Origin: Bacteroidota bacterium
Lineage (GTDB): Bacteria > Bacteroidota > Bacteroidia > Bacteroidales > VadinHA17
DNA length: 37,648 nucleotides
NCBI GenBank assembly: GCA_051748705.1
Contig: JBNJHQ010000003.1
Span: 1-37,648 of the forward strand
Reading direction: 5' to 3'
A program made the translations under genes and the position numbers. The notes under the pieces are model-generated. The model did no database searches and had not been told where the DNA came from. It saw nothing but the letters and a program-made list of their open reading frames with translations. Of this stretch, positions 25,979 to 35,304 are shown in pieces; the first letter of the stretch is position 1, and each line of letters starts with the position of its first letter.

Positions 25979-27580
25979 ATGAAGAGATGGAAGCTTATCG
26001 GACTCATATCATTGATGCTGCTATCATTAACGGGGATTATATGGGTGCAGATAATCTGGATAAATAATGCCGTGAAGGTCAGGAACGATTTGTTCAGTCG
26101 CTCGGTGTTCAATAGCCTCAACAGCACTGCACGTAAAATAGAATCCTCAAGGCAAATGGCTTTTTATGAACAGATGATGATTGCTGATTCATTGCTCCAG
26201 TCACAGGCAAACGAGATGCAGACAATACCTTTTGCCGGTGCCGATGCCACTGCTAATAATATGGTGCCTCGCAGGGGCTTAAGGGGCATGGGGGAGAGCT
26301 TTTCATTCAGGCTGACTGATGATGGTGAGAATGTGCAGGTACTGGGCGATTACAAACAGTATTTTATTGGCGACAGCTCTGAAAATATAATGCCCGAATA
26401 CAGTATTGAAACAAAGGGGGAGGCCCCCTTGAATGTTGACCAGGACAGGTTCAGGATCTGGCTTATGCAAAAATCAAGCGACCTACGCAGGATGGGTGAC
26501 AAGATGATTTCTGAATTGTATGCCTGGGAACTCAACAGCCGGGCAGACAAAAATGAAATTCTGTCTGTTCTTTATGCTGAACTGGCAAATTCCGGTATAA
26601 ATACACCCTTCGAATTTGCTATTATTGAAAACAACAGGATAATTGACGGAGTATATGAAACAGCTTCTCCTTATGATCTCATTAGTAGTAATTATACGGT
26701 TAATTTGTTTACTGACAGGCTACTAAGCAGGGATACAAGAATCTCGGTAGTATTCCCCGACAGAAAAAATTATATACTCTCCTCAATGGCCTACCTCCTA
26801 GGCGGCTCAATGCTTTTCAGCCTTGTGATACTCATTACATTTGCTTTAAGTATATTTTTTATAATCAGGCAGAAGAAAATATCCGAGATGAAGTCGGATT
26901 TCATAAATAATATGACCCATGAGTTTAAAACACCCATAGCCACTATTTCCCTTGCCGCGGATACAATAGGTAACCCGAAAATCATAAGTGATGAAAACAG
27001 GGTGAAACACTTTATCAGCATGATAAAGAAAGAAAATACCAGGATGAACAAGCAGGTTGAAAATATTCTCCAGATATCCTCCCTTGACAGGAGCGATATG
27101 GAATTCAGCTTCTCAGAGATTGACATGCATTCTGTAATAAAAAGAGCTGTTGAAACAATCGAGATACAGGTGGAAGGCAGAAATGGTAATATTTTTTTCT
27201 ATGAGGGAGCCAATGATCCTGTGGTATATGGCGACAGGGAACATCTGACTAACCTTATCTATAACCTCCTTGACAATGCTAACAAGTATAGTGTTAAAGA
27301 ACCTGAAATAACACTAAGTACATCAAACAGGAAAGGATATTTCGTTTTGACAGTTGCAGATAAGGGTGTAGGTATGACACGTTCTGTACAATCAAAAATA
27401 TTTGAAAGATTTTACAGGCAGTCAAGTGGTAATATTCATAATGTTAAGGGCTTCGGACTTGGACTCAGTTACGTTAAAGCGATTATCGATGCCCATAATG
27501 GAGACATTAATGTATACAGTGAATCAGGAAAAGGCACGACATTTGAGGTCTTTCTGCCGCAAAACGGGAACGTGCTATGA
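25979..27580 (+). CDS. Sensor histidine kinase, two-component system
   Basis: Two TM segments. H-box MTHEFKTPIATI, N-box LLDNANKYS, G1 ADKGVGM, G2 GFGLGLS. A TATTTTTG -7-like box at 25967-25974 sits 4 nt from the ATG, which would imply a very short or absent leader. Confidence 0.9.
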   Translation: MKRWKLIGLISLMLLSLTGIIWVQIIWINNAVKVRNDLFSRSVFNSLNSTARKIESSRQMAFYEQMMIADSLLQSQANEMQTIPFAGADATANNMVPRRGLRGMGESFSFRLTDDGENVQVLGDYKQYFIGDSSENIMPEYSIETKGEAPLNVDQDRFRIWLMQKSSDLRRMGDKMISELYAWELNSRADKNEILSVLYAELANSGINTPFEFAIIENNRIIDGVYETASPYDLISSNYTVNLFTDRLLSRDTRISVVFPDRKNYILSSMAYLLGGSMLFSLVILITFALSIFFIIRQKKISEMKSDFINNMTHEFKTPIATISLAADTIGNPKIISDENRVKHFISMIKKENTRMNKQVENILQISSLDRSDMEFSFSEIDMHSVIKRAVETIEIQVEGRNGNIFFYEGANDPVVYGDREHLTNLIYNLLDNANKYSVKEPEITLSTSNRKGYFVLTVADKGVGMTRSVQSKIFERFYRQSSGNIHNVKGFGLGLSYVKAIIDAHNGDINVYSESGKGTTFEVFLPQNGNVL

Positions 27581-28269
27581 ACGAATGCTCAAAGATATTG
27601 CTTGTCGAGGATGACCTGAGTTTCGGCTCGGTCCTTAAGTCCTATCTTGAAATAAATGACTTTGAAGTAGTATGGATAGATGATGGTAAAAATGCTCTTG
27701 ATTCTTTCCGTAAAGGGCAGTTCGATCTGTGTATACTGGATATAATGCTTCCGAATGTAGATGGTTTCACCATTGCTTCGGAAATAAGGGACATAAACAA
27801 GGACATTCCTCTTATCTTTCTTACGGCAAAGAAACTCAAGGAAGATGTTTTGAAGGGTTATGGACTGGGTGCCGATGACTACATTACAAAACCTTTTGAT
27901 ACAGATATCCTGCTGGCAAAGATAAAAGCCATTGTCAGTAGAAGAGAAGGAATTAAGAAAGTCAGTAATGAAATAAAAATAGGGAAATACATCTTTAATA
28001 CTAAGATACGCTCACTCAGATCGGGACAGGAAGAGAGAAAGCTTTCACCTAAGGAGGCACAGCTTCTCGAACTACTGGCCGGGTCGCCCAATGCCCTGGT
28101 CAGCCGGGAGACAGCCTTGAAATCGATCTGGGGATCAGATGATTATTTCACTGCGAGAAGTATGGATGTATATATTACCAAACTGAGGAAGTACCTGTCC
28201 GGTGACAGTAAAATTTCAATTAAAAACATTCATGGTGCAGGTTTCCAGATGCTTATCGACGAGGATTAA
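27577..28269 (+). CDS. OmpR/PhoB-type response regulator
   Basis: Receiver domain (LLVEDD, DLCILDIMLP, LTAK) plus a winged-helix output domain (LSPKEAQLLELL...MDVYITKLRKYL). It overlaps the kinase by 4 nt (ATGA). Confidence 0.92.
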   Translation: MNECSKILLVEDDLSFGSVLKSYLEINDFEVVWIDDGKNALDSFRKGQFDLCILDIMLPNVDGFTIASEIRDINKDIPLIFLTAKKLKEDVLKGYGLGADDYITKPFDTDILLAKIKAIVSRREGIKKVSNEIKIGKYIFNTKIRSLRSGQEERKLSPKEAQLLELLAGSPNALVSRETALKSIWGSDDYFTARSMDVYITKLRKYLSGDSKISIKNIHGAGFQMLIDED

Positions 28270-28751
28270 TGAAAAATAACAGTGCTGGTGAAGCGCAGTG
28301 GCAGTAGGTTCTCAATTCCTTTCATTACGTAAATTCCTGTTTTACCATAAAGTATTATTTTAATTTTTCCCCCTGATCGATCCTCTTCTTCCGATAATAC
28401 CTGGCGGCATTTGCCACATGGTGAGACAGGCATTTCAGTAAAACTCTTTCCTTTACGGGCACAGATGGCAATGGCGGTAATTACAGAGCCGGGATAATTT
28501 GCACCTGCATAAGCCACTGCCGTATGCTCTGCACAGGCACCTGAAGGGAAGGATGCATTTTCCCGGTTATTCCCGGTAATTATCTCGCCGGTGTCCAGTC
28601 TGAGAGCAGCACCTACTGAAAAATGTGAATAGGGTGAATAAGCATTCTTACTTGCCTCCATAGCTTCTTTTACGAGGAGCCGGTCTTCTTTGCTTAGCTC
28701 TTCAATGTCACGATACTCATCAAGTATGAGTTGAATTGATCTTTTCTTCAT
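28266..28751 (-). CDS. cdd: Cytidine deaminase
   Basis: Zinc-binding motifs CAEHTA and PCGKCRQ; 161 aa. Confidence 0.9.
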   Translation of the reverse strand: MKKRSIQLILDEYRDIEELSKEDRLLVKEAMEASKNAYSPYSHFSVGAALRLDTGEIITGNNRENASFPSGACAEHTAVAYAGANYPGSVITAIAICARKGKSFTEMPVSPCGKCRQVLSEEEDRSGGKIKIILYGKTGIYVMKGIENLLPLRFTSTVIFH

Positions 28752-28915
28752 AGATTAAGGATGTCCTGCAAAATACAAAAAATATTATTTCCAGCTCATA
28801 GTGCCCGGCATGAGGGTGAATATTTTTGATAACTATATACAATTAGTTAATTACTTCACGTTTACAGGAATGATAATATAGGTATGCTTATTATTTTTGA
28901 TGAAAATTTCAGAGC

Positions 28916-29947
28916 ATGCGCAGTGTACTATATATCTTGATAATGCTTGTCTTGTTTACCTCCTGTCATACTGCACGGAGGGGTGGAACTGCCATTTTTA
29001 CCGGAGGTGGCGGGGCAGACCTTGATAATTATGTCAGGGAATATGCTGACCTGGCAATGGGCGAGATGGTGAGGACAGGTGTGCCCGCCAGTATAACACT
29101 GGCACAGGCCGTTATTGAAAGCAATTACGGTAAGAGCAGGCTTGCAAGCAAGGCCAATAACCATTTCGGTATTAAATGCCATAATGGATGGAAGGGGGGG
29201 AGGATCTACCACGATGATGACAGGCGCAATGAGTGCTTCAGAAGATATAAAGCTGTGATTGAGTCTTACAAAGACCATTCTGATTTTCTCAGGCAGGGCT
29301 CACGTTATAAATTCCTTTTTGATCTCCACCAGGAAGATTATAAAGGATGGGCCAGGGGATTGAAAAGGGCAGGCTATGCAACAAACCCACGGTATGCCAG
29401 GATGTTGATTGATATGATTGAGAAAAATAATCTTCATGTCTATGATGATATTGTTATAAGCGGTAAAAGTAGGGAAGCAAAGGAGATTTATGCCAGTCCG
29501 CTTACTGATGATTATTTGGGTTCAGGAGAAAATGACGGGCTTAGAGACGGCCACGAGATTGCTGATGATAACTTCGTTGTCAGCCGTAAGAGCAGGGTAA
29601 AGGTGAGGAACAGGATTGAGTATATCACGCTTAATGAGAATGATACCTTTGAGAGTCTTGCAGAGGAGTTTGAGCTGCTCAGGTGGGAAATATACAGGTA
29701 TAATGAGCTTGAGGACGATGCCCGGCTATACCCCGGCCAGATAATATATTTGCAGCCCAAGCGGAAGAGGGCAGAAGCCGGGAATGATTATCATATTGTC
29801 AAGGAGGATGAGACAATGTATTCTATATCACAGCATTACGGGATAAAGCTTAAGTCTCTTTACGAAAAAAACAGGATGGAACCCGGTTATGAGCCGCCTC
29901 CCGGCACAGAGCTGTGGTTACGTAAGACTAAACCGGAGGGCCTTTAA
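28916..29947 (+). CDS. Glucosaminidase (GH73-like) with two C-terminal LysM domains
   Basis: LAQAVIESNYGKSRLASKANNHFGIK is a GH73-type motif. The two LysM-like units are YITLNENDTFESLAEEF... and YHIVKEDETMYSISQHYG.... Confidence 0.85.
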   Translation: MRSVLYILIMLVLFTSCHTARRGGTAIFTGGGGADLDNYVREYADLAMGEMVRTGVPASITLAQAVIESNYGKSRLASKANNHFGIKCHNGWKGGRIYHDDDRRNECFRRYKAVIESYKDHSDFLRQGSRYKFLFDLHQEDYKGWARGLKRAGYATNPRYARMLIDMIEKNNLHVYDDIVISGKSREAKEIYASPLTDDYLGSGENDGLRDGHEIADDNFVVSRKSRVKVRNRIEYITLNENDTFESLAEEFELLRWEIYRYNELEDDARLYPGQIIYLQPKRKRAEAGNDYHIVKEDETMYSISQHYGIKLKSLYEKNRMEPGYEPPPGTELWLRKTKPEGL

Positions 29948-30902
29948 TGATTTTTGTATCATTGATATTAAAGCCCCTCAGGAATTCACTCACTGTCATT
30001 AGTTTACGGCCTTCCATTTTGAGCATTTCTATTTCAATGCTGCAACCACCCGTTCCTATTATAAGGTAGTTTTTACCGTCACTTTCTATTTCACCGGGGT
30101 CTAAGTGTTTATACTTGTTAATACATTTACATTTACCGATTTTCACAATATAATCTTTGTCTCCCTTTCTGAAGATCGTTTTTGCTCCGGGTTGAGGATA
30201 TAATCCGCGAATGAAGTTATAAACATCACTGTTGCTCATTTCCCAGTCAATATAACAATCTTCGCTATGTATTTTGGGAGCCTTTTTCAATTTTTCACCG
30301 GGCTTTATAAATTTTGACTGGTCCGTGGTTCTTACCTTACCCCTGGCCAGGGCCTTCACGGTTTTAACTACCAGTTTGGCTCCTTCGCGCATAAGCTTAT
30401 CATGAAGGTTGCCGGCGCTGTCATCCGGGGCTATTCCAATTTTTTTCTGGAAGATTATTTTTCCGGTATCTATTTTATCATCTATCAGAAAGGTAGTCAG
30501 GCCTGTTGTTTTCTCACCGTTTATGATTACGTGGTTTATTGGTGCTGCACCCCTGTATTGTGGCAGGAGGGAGGCATGAAGATTAAAGGTTCCCAGTCGG
30601 GGAATCCTCCATATCTCTTCCGGCAGTTTCCTGAAGGCAACTACCACGATTATGTCGGGTTTAAGATCTGCGATTTCCCTAACAAAAGATGGATTACGGA
30701 GGTCATCAGGCTGGTAAAGTTCAAGAAGATTTTCTGATGCGTACCTTGCAACTTCCGGTTTTCTTTTTTTTAGTCCTCTGCCGGCTGGCTTATCCGGCGC
30801 ACTCACTACTGCCACGATATTGAAATTATTCATGAGCAGTGCCCCCAGGCTGGGAACAGCAAATTCCGGTGTGCCCATGAATATGATACGCGGTCCTGCC
30901 AT
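29928..30902 (-). CDS. fmt: Methionyl-tRNA formyltransferase
   Basis: IIFMGTPEFAVPSL, HASLLPQYRGAAPI and the C-terminal Fmt domain. Confidence 0.93.
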   Translation of the reverse strand: MAGPRIIFMGTPEFAVPSLGALLMNNFNIVAVVSAPDKPAGRGLKKRKPEVARYASENLLELYQPDDLRNPSFVREIADLKPDIIVVVAFRKLPEEIWRIPRLGTFNLHASLLPQYRGAAPINHVIINGEKTTGLTTFLIDDKIDTGKIIFQKKIGIAPDDSAGNLHDKLMREGAKLVVKTVKALARGKVRTTDQSKFIKPGEKLKKAPKIHSEDCYIDWEMSNSDVYNFIRGLYPQPGAKTIFRKGDKDYIVKIGKCKCINKYKHLDPGEIESDGKNYLIIGTGGCSIEIEMLKMEGRKLMTVSEFLRGFNINDTKIIKGPPV

Positions 30903-31008
30903 TGGTAGATGAGTATTTATATAACAAAACTAACAAAAATGCAGCATAATTATATGAAAAAGGCATAGCTTATTGCTAGCAGTATGGTCTGGTTTTATTT
31001 GACGGATG

Positions 31009-32262
31009 CTATTGATGTTTGCTTTTAGGGTGTTTATAGCATGTAAGGTAATGACCCATTTTGCCAGCCTTTGTCTGGAGATAGAATTCGTTGTGTTGAT
31101 TGGGAGGTATCTCCAGTGGTACGGTTTCAACTATTTCTATACCATATCCTTCCAGGCCGGCCCTCTTAACGGGATTATTGGATATTAGTTTTATTTTCCC
31201 CAGCCCAAGTTCCCTCATGATGTTTGCACCTATACCATAATCCCTTTCATCTTCACCGAATCCGAGTTCAAGATTTGCTTCTACGGTATCTCTGCCCTCT
31301 TCCTGTAACTTATAAGTACGGATCTTATTGAACAGGCCTATTCCCCTTCCTTCCTGGCTAAGGTATATGACTGCCCCCTTCCCGGCTTCATCAACCATTT
31401 TCATGGCTTTATGTAGCTGTGGACCGCAGTCGCATCGCAGGGATGCAAAAATATCACCTGTGAGGCATGACGAATGTATCCTTACCAGCACGGTTTCATC
31501 CTTTGTCCATGTCCCTTTTACCAGTGCTGCATGTTCCATATTATTGCTCCGCTGCCTGAAAGGGATGAAGTCAAACTCGCCAAATTCAGTGGGTAAATAC
31601 ACCCTGACACCCATTTCGAGGATACTCTCTTTTTCCAGTCGGTACTTTATAAGGTCACTGATAGAGATAATTTTGATGCCGAATTTTTCCGATAGCTTGA
31701 GAAGGTCGGGTAGCCTTGCCATTGAGCCGTCATCATTCATTATTTCAACCAGGGTACCCCCGGGCCTCAGTCCTGCCAGCCTTGTAAGATCGACGGCTGC
31801 CTCTGTGTGACCTGCACGCCGGAGCACACCCTTTGATTTTGCTTTCAAAGGGAATATATGACCAGGGCGGCCGAGGTGATCGGGCTTGGTACGTGGATCC
31901 ACCAGGGCATTTATAGTCAGACACCTGTCATGGGCTGATATCCCTGTTGTGGTATTACTGCTTATAAGATCGACGCTTACGGTGAACGGAGTGTCGTATG
32001 GTGAAGTGTTCTTTCCCACCATCAGGTCAAGTTCCAGTTCCTCGCATCTTTCTTCAGGGAGGGGTACACATATCAGCCCCCTGCCATTCATGGCCATGAA
32101 ATTAACTATCTCAGGTGTGGTAAGTTCAGCAGCGCAGATAAAATCACCCTCATTTTCCCGGTCTTCATCATCAACCACGATCAGCAATTTTCCCCGGCGT
32201 ATGTCTTCAATTGCTTCATCTATTGTATTAAAGGGACTTGTCTTTGATTTATATTTTGTCAT
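31009..32262 (-). CDS. ribBA: Bifunctional 3,4-dihydroxy-2-butanone-4-phosphate synthase / GTP cyclohydrolase II
   Basis: [10 protein letters not shown] and HTEAAVDL (RibB half); [10 protein letters not shown] and EGRGIGL (RibA half). Confidence 0.93.
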   Translation of the reverse strand: MTKYKSKTSPFNTIDEAIEDIRRGKLLIVVDDEDRENEGDFICAAELTTPEIVNFMAMNGRGLICVPLPEERCEELELDLMVGKNTSPYDTPFTVSVDLISSNTTTGISAHDRCLTINALVDPRTKPDHLGRPGHIFPLKAKSKGVLRRAGHTEAAVDLTRLAGLRPGGTLVEIMNDDGSMARLPDLLKLSEKFGIKIISISDLIKYRLEKESILEMGVRVYLPTEFGEFDFIPFRQRSNNMEHAALVKGTWTKDETVLVRIHSSCLTGDIFASLRCDCGPQLHKAMKMVDEAGKGAVIYLSQEGRGIGLFNKIRTYKLQEEGRDTVEANLELGFGEDERDYGIGANIMRELGLGKIKLISNNPVKRAGLEGYGIEIVETVPLEIPPNQHNEFYLQTKAGKMGHYLTCYKHPKSKHQ

Positions 32263-32355
32263 TATTGAAAAAACCTGGTACTGTAATAATTACAGTGCAA
32301 AAGTATTATTTGTAAACTAAATTCCCTAAATAAAGCTTAAAAAAGCTTCAGGCGT

Positions 32356-33828
32356 TCATTCGCTGTTGTTTTGTTTTACAAGCCTGAGCTTTTTGCCGAT
32401 ATTCTCAAAAAAGTGCGTGTACGTTTCTCTGTTCATTATTGCTGCGTCACTTGTTGCCTTGTAAGTCAGGAATATCCCAACACCAATCAATATCACTGTT
32501 GATTCCCACATGCCCAGGGGAACGGGAGCTATTCCTTCCTTGGCAACTTTTTCCCCAAAGAGGGTCAATACATACCATATGACAAAAAATAGCACGGCAA
32601 TTACCACAGGGGTTCCCAATCCTCCCTTTCGGATTATTGCTCCAAGTGGAGCCCCGATAAAGAAAAAGATAATACATGCCACGGCCAGGGTTATTTTCCT
32701 GTGCCACTCGGCCTTGAATTTAAGTATGTGCTTAAACTCACCATAACTTATATTGCTTTTTTCCTCGAGAAACTGCATGCCTGACCTGGCCTGGTTCAGT
32801 GCATGGCTTACTATCATCTGTTTTTGTATGGGCTCAAGGGAATTATAAAGGCTGTCCGCATTAAATACCAATTCTTTATTTTTACTTGTGTCCTTTTTGC
32901 CATCGGGGCGGTAGTAATTCCTGCGGGTGTAAATTTTTGATGTGGTATATTCACGCACATAATTTTCCTGTCGCGTCTCGAGTCTCTGGCTCAGGGAGTC
33001 GACAAAATATTCCAGCTGGGCCATATTCTGCATTGTCTGGTTTGATTTGAACAGGTTAAGGTCAGATCGTTCCAGGTCAAATCCACTGAGTTCTATTATC
33101 ATTGTTTGTTCCCTGAAGCGGTCTGATCGGAAAGGGTATTTTTTCTGGGAGGCCGGTCTGTTCCTTTCTTCTATATCATTGTAGGCATGACCGTTATAAA
33201 GAGTGAATATCAGGCCCGACTCATCAGGTGTCATATTCATGTAGCCTGAGTCAGCCATCACCAGCGACTTGTTTCCCTCGGTGTCCCTGTGGTCATAGAT
33301 AAGGATTTTTTCAAGCTTATTTGTCTCAGGATCTTTCTTCCCTATCTTAATACTGAATCCGTCGATGCCATTATAGAAAGTACCTGCCTGGATATTTAAC
33401 TCCGGCCTTTTCATCTGTATATCATACATCAGGGTTTTTGCCTTCCTGTTTGCATATGGCACTACATTATTGGAGAAGAAAAAAGACCCGATGCTTAGCA
33501 GGACGATGAAGATTATCAGTGGCCTCATTATCCTCTGGAGTGATATGCCTGACGATTTTATTGCTGTGAGTTCAAAATTCTCACCCATATTGCCAAAGGT
33601 CATCAGCGCTGCCAGGAGTATTGCCAGTGGCAGGGCGTTTGGCACAAAGACGAGGGAGAAATTAAATATTAATTCAGTAAGCACATCCAGTTCGAGGCCC
33701 TTGCCTGCCAGGTCATCAATGTACATCCACAGGAATTGCAGCACAAATACAAAGAGTACAATGAAAAAGGTAAGTATTTGCGGCCCTAAAAAAGATTTAA
33801 AAACCAGCCAGTCTAATTTCTTTATCAT
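32356..33828 (-). CDS. LptF/LptG (YjgP/YjgQ) family permease
   Basis: N-terminal KLDWLVFKSFLGPQILTFF is typical of the family. The layout is three TM helices, a periplasmic domain, then three TM helices. Confidence 0.85.
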   Translation of the reverse strand: MIKKLDWLVFKSFLGPQILTFFIVLFVFVLQFLWMYIDDLAGKGLELDVLTELIFNFSLVFVPNALPLAILLAALMTFGNMGENFELTAIKSSGISLQRIMRPLIIFIVLLSIGSFFFSNNVVPYANRKAKTLMYDIQMKRPELNIQAGTFYNGIDGFSIKIGKKDPETNKLEKILIYDHRDTEGNKSLVMADSGYMNMTPDESGLIFTLYNGHAYNDIEERNRPASQKKYPFRSDRFREQTMIIELSGFDLERSDLNLFKSNQTMQNMAQLEYFVDSLSQRLETRQENYVREYTTSKIYTRRNYYRPDGKKDTSKNKELVFNADSLYNSLEPIQKQMIVSHALNQARSGMQFLEEKSNISYGEFKHILKFKAEWHRKITLAVACIIFFFIGAPLGAIIRKGGLGTPVVIAVLFFVIWYVLTLFGEKVAKEGIAPVPLGMWESTVILIGVGIFLTYKATSDAAIMNRETYTHFFENIGKKLRLVKQNNSE

Positions 33829-33960
33829 AATGCTTCAACAGGGCTTCAAATCTACAAAATATAATTATAATTCAGGCTTCTATCGCTGAATGTAAAGAAG
33901 CATATAATTTTGCTTCATAAATCATGCCTGAAATTTGTATGGAATGATAGAATACCGGTA

Positions 33961-34341
33961 TCAGAGTCCCAGTGCTCTTTTTAGTTCTGTTATCTGTGTA
34001 TCCCAGAGATAGATAGCATCTTCTTTCTCATCTTCTTCTGCAAAATCCGTTATAAGCAGTGCCACGTCGCCTGTCAGTTCGTCTATATTCAGTTTAAACT
34101 CAAAAAATCTTTCTTCATCTTCTGCTGTTTCGGACCATTTGAAACGGACATTTTTATTTTCTCTCAGCTGGACAATTTTTGCTCTTTGTTCTGTATTATC
34201 CCATATAAAGATATATTCATCTCCATCGACCTGGACATCATCCGCGAACCATTCAGCAAGGCCTTCAGCGGTACTTAATCGTGGAAACAGCACTTTCGGT
34301 GAACTGTTAAGGGTATATTCGAGTTCATATTGCGATTTCAT
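33961..34341 (-). CDS. START-like / SRPBCC domain protein
   Basis: 126 aa. FPRLSTAEGLAEWFADDV resembles AHSA1/START-like small proteins common in Bacteroidota. Confidence 0.6.
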   Translation of the reverse strand: MKSQYELEYTLNSSPKVLFPRLSTAEGLAEWFADDVQVDGDEYIFIWDNTEQRAKIVQLRENKNVRFKWSETAEDEERFFEFKLNIDELTGDVALLITDFAEEDEKEDAIYLWDTQITELKRALGL

Positions 34342-34436
34342 CGGGGTATTTTTTTGCCCATCTATAAATTGATCTTATGCAATATAGAAAAAATAATATA
34401 AATAAAAAACCATATTGATATATTGAAAGGATGTAT

Positions 34437-34444
34437 TAACTTTG
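34437..34444 (+). promoter_or_regulatory. Candidate -7 box (TAACTTTG) upstream of tRNA-Met
   Basis: It matches TAnnTTTG and has a TTG 19 nt upstream. The box lies ~50 nt upstream of the tRNA 5' end, implying a processed leader. Confidence 0.4.
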
Positions 34445-34495
34445 CCCCCGCAAATGCAGGGCAGATGGCATTTCTGCTAGTTGTCCGGAAATCGC

Positions 34496-34569
34496 GGCGA
34501 GATAGCTCAGATGGTCAGAGCGCATGATTCATAATCATGAGGTCCCGGGTTCAATTCCCGGTCTCGCTA
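34496..34569 (+). tRNA. tRNA-Met (anticodon CAT); a lysidine-modified tRNA-Ile2 is not excluded
   Basis: GGCGAGATAGCTCAGATGGTCAGAGCGCATGATTCATAATCATGAGGTCCCGGGTTCAATTCCCGGTCTCGCTA. Anticodon loop TTCATAA, T-arm CCGGG/CCCGG. Pair 1:72 is G-U. There is no GGG/CCC anticodon stem, so it is not an initiator. Confidence 0.88.
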
Positions 34570-34700
34570 CAAGACTATAAAGCTCCGGAGCATTGCTCCG
34601 GAGTTTTTAATTTTCAGGCAGTATCAAGCTTGCTTGGAATCCTGCCTGAAAATTAAAAACTCAATGATTTGCTAAGCAAATCAGAGCTTTATAGTCTTGT
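34569..34700. repeat. 132-bp compound palindrome: 17-bp outer arms and 21-bp inner arms, both perfect, carrying two different terminator-like hairpins
   Basis: ACAAGACTATAAAGCTC (34569-34585) pairs with GAGCTTTATAGTCTTGT (34684-34700). GAGTTTTTAATTTTCAGGCAG (34601-34621) pairs with CTGCCTGAAAATTAAAAACTC (34642-34662). The second hairpin is TGATTTGC-TAA-GCAAATCA (34665-34683). Confidence 0.9.
34582..34608 (+). terminator. Rho-independent terminator of tRNA-Met
   Basis: CTCCGGAGC (34583-34591), loop ATT, GCTCCGGAG (34595-34603), followed by TTTTT. Confidence 0.8.
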
Positions 34701-34702
34701 TA

Positions 34703-34790
34703 AGCACCCCTGCGCGGAATCACGGCTCCCGTCAGGGAGACGTAATTCCCGCTTAGCAAGGACGCCCAATTTGGGCGTCCCTACGGTGCC
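34703..34790 (-). ncRNA. Candidate small structured RNA: closing stem plus two GC-rich hairpins, class unknown
   Basis: Closing stem AGCACC (34703-08) / GGTGCC (34785-90). Hairpin GGACGCCCA-ATT-TGGGCGTCC (34760-34780). A long imperfect hairpin spans 34712-34752 with a 4-nt loop. G-U pairs favour the minus strand, and the minus-strand terminator-like hairpin at 34665-34683 follows. No convincing promoter was seen. Confidence 0.3.
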
Positions 34791-34900
34791 ATAATTCTTT
34801 AACCTTACTGGCAATTCACACTGCCCCACATTTTTCCCCGACAGTAAATTTTTATTAAATTGTACCTTAAATAATCATCATCATATAGTAGCCGCGAATT

Positions 34901-35074
34901 ATGAAACAGGCACATTTCAGGTTTTACGAGGAGCTGAACGAATTACTTCCCGATGACAAAAGGAAAGTCTCTTTTCCCTATAAATTCACAGGTAAGCCCT
35001 CGGTCAAAGATACCATAGAGGCACTGGGTGTGCCCCACGTTGAGGTCGACCTCATCCTTGTAAACTCACAATAG
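34901..35074 (+). pseudogene. Truncated N-terminal fragment (57 aa) of a Mut7-C ubiquitin-like (beta-grasp) domain gene
   Basis: Translation is MKQAHFRFYEELNELLPDDKRKVSFPYKFTGKPSVKDTIEALGVPHVEVDLILVNSQ*. It follows the family pattern (FRFYxELNDFLP...VKxxIEALGVPHxEVxLILVNG) and then stops where the conserved sequence should continue. Confidence 0.6.
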
Positions 35075-35304
35075 GCGAATAAAACTGGCTGCAGCAGTAG
35101 AATAAAAATGGATTTATGGAACCGAGGAAACTGAGTTTGCTGAAAGCAAACGAAGGTGACTAGCTCGGCGAATCCCCGAGGACTCTGGGGTGAGTCAATA
35201 ATGGAATGGTGCAGTGGGAATTCGCGAATACCGAGGACTAGGATCGAGATCATGATTCCGAATACTCGGGGAATAAACCGAACACCTTTTTGACTGTTTA
35301 TAAA

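Noticed and set aside
35058-35076. TGTAAAC at the breakpoint matches the TGTAAAC core of the reverse-complemented right-edge repeats (ATGTAAACGATGT), which could suggest terminal inverted repeats of one element.
   Set aside because: At the left site the heptamer encodes the conserved L-V-N of the Mut7-C domain, so it is native gene sequence. The similarity does not extend beyond 7 nt.
34978-35253. 91-aa minus-strand ORF spanning the Mut7-C fragment and the junction spacer.
   Set aside because: It lies antisense to a recognisable, though truncated, conserved domain and then crosses repeat-rich spacer. It has no motifs and no promoter-like signals.
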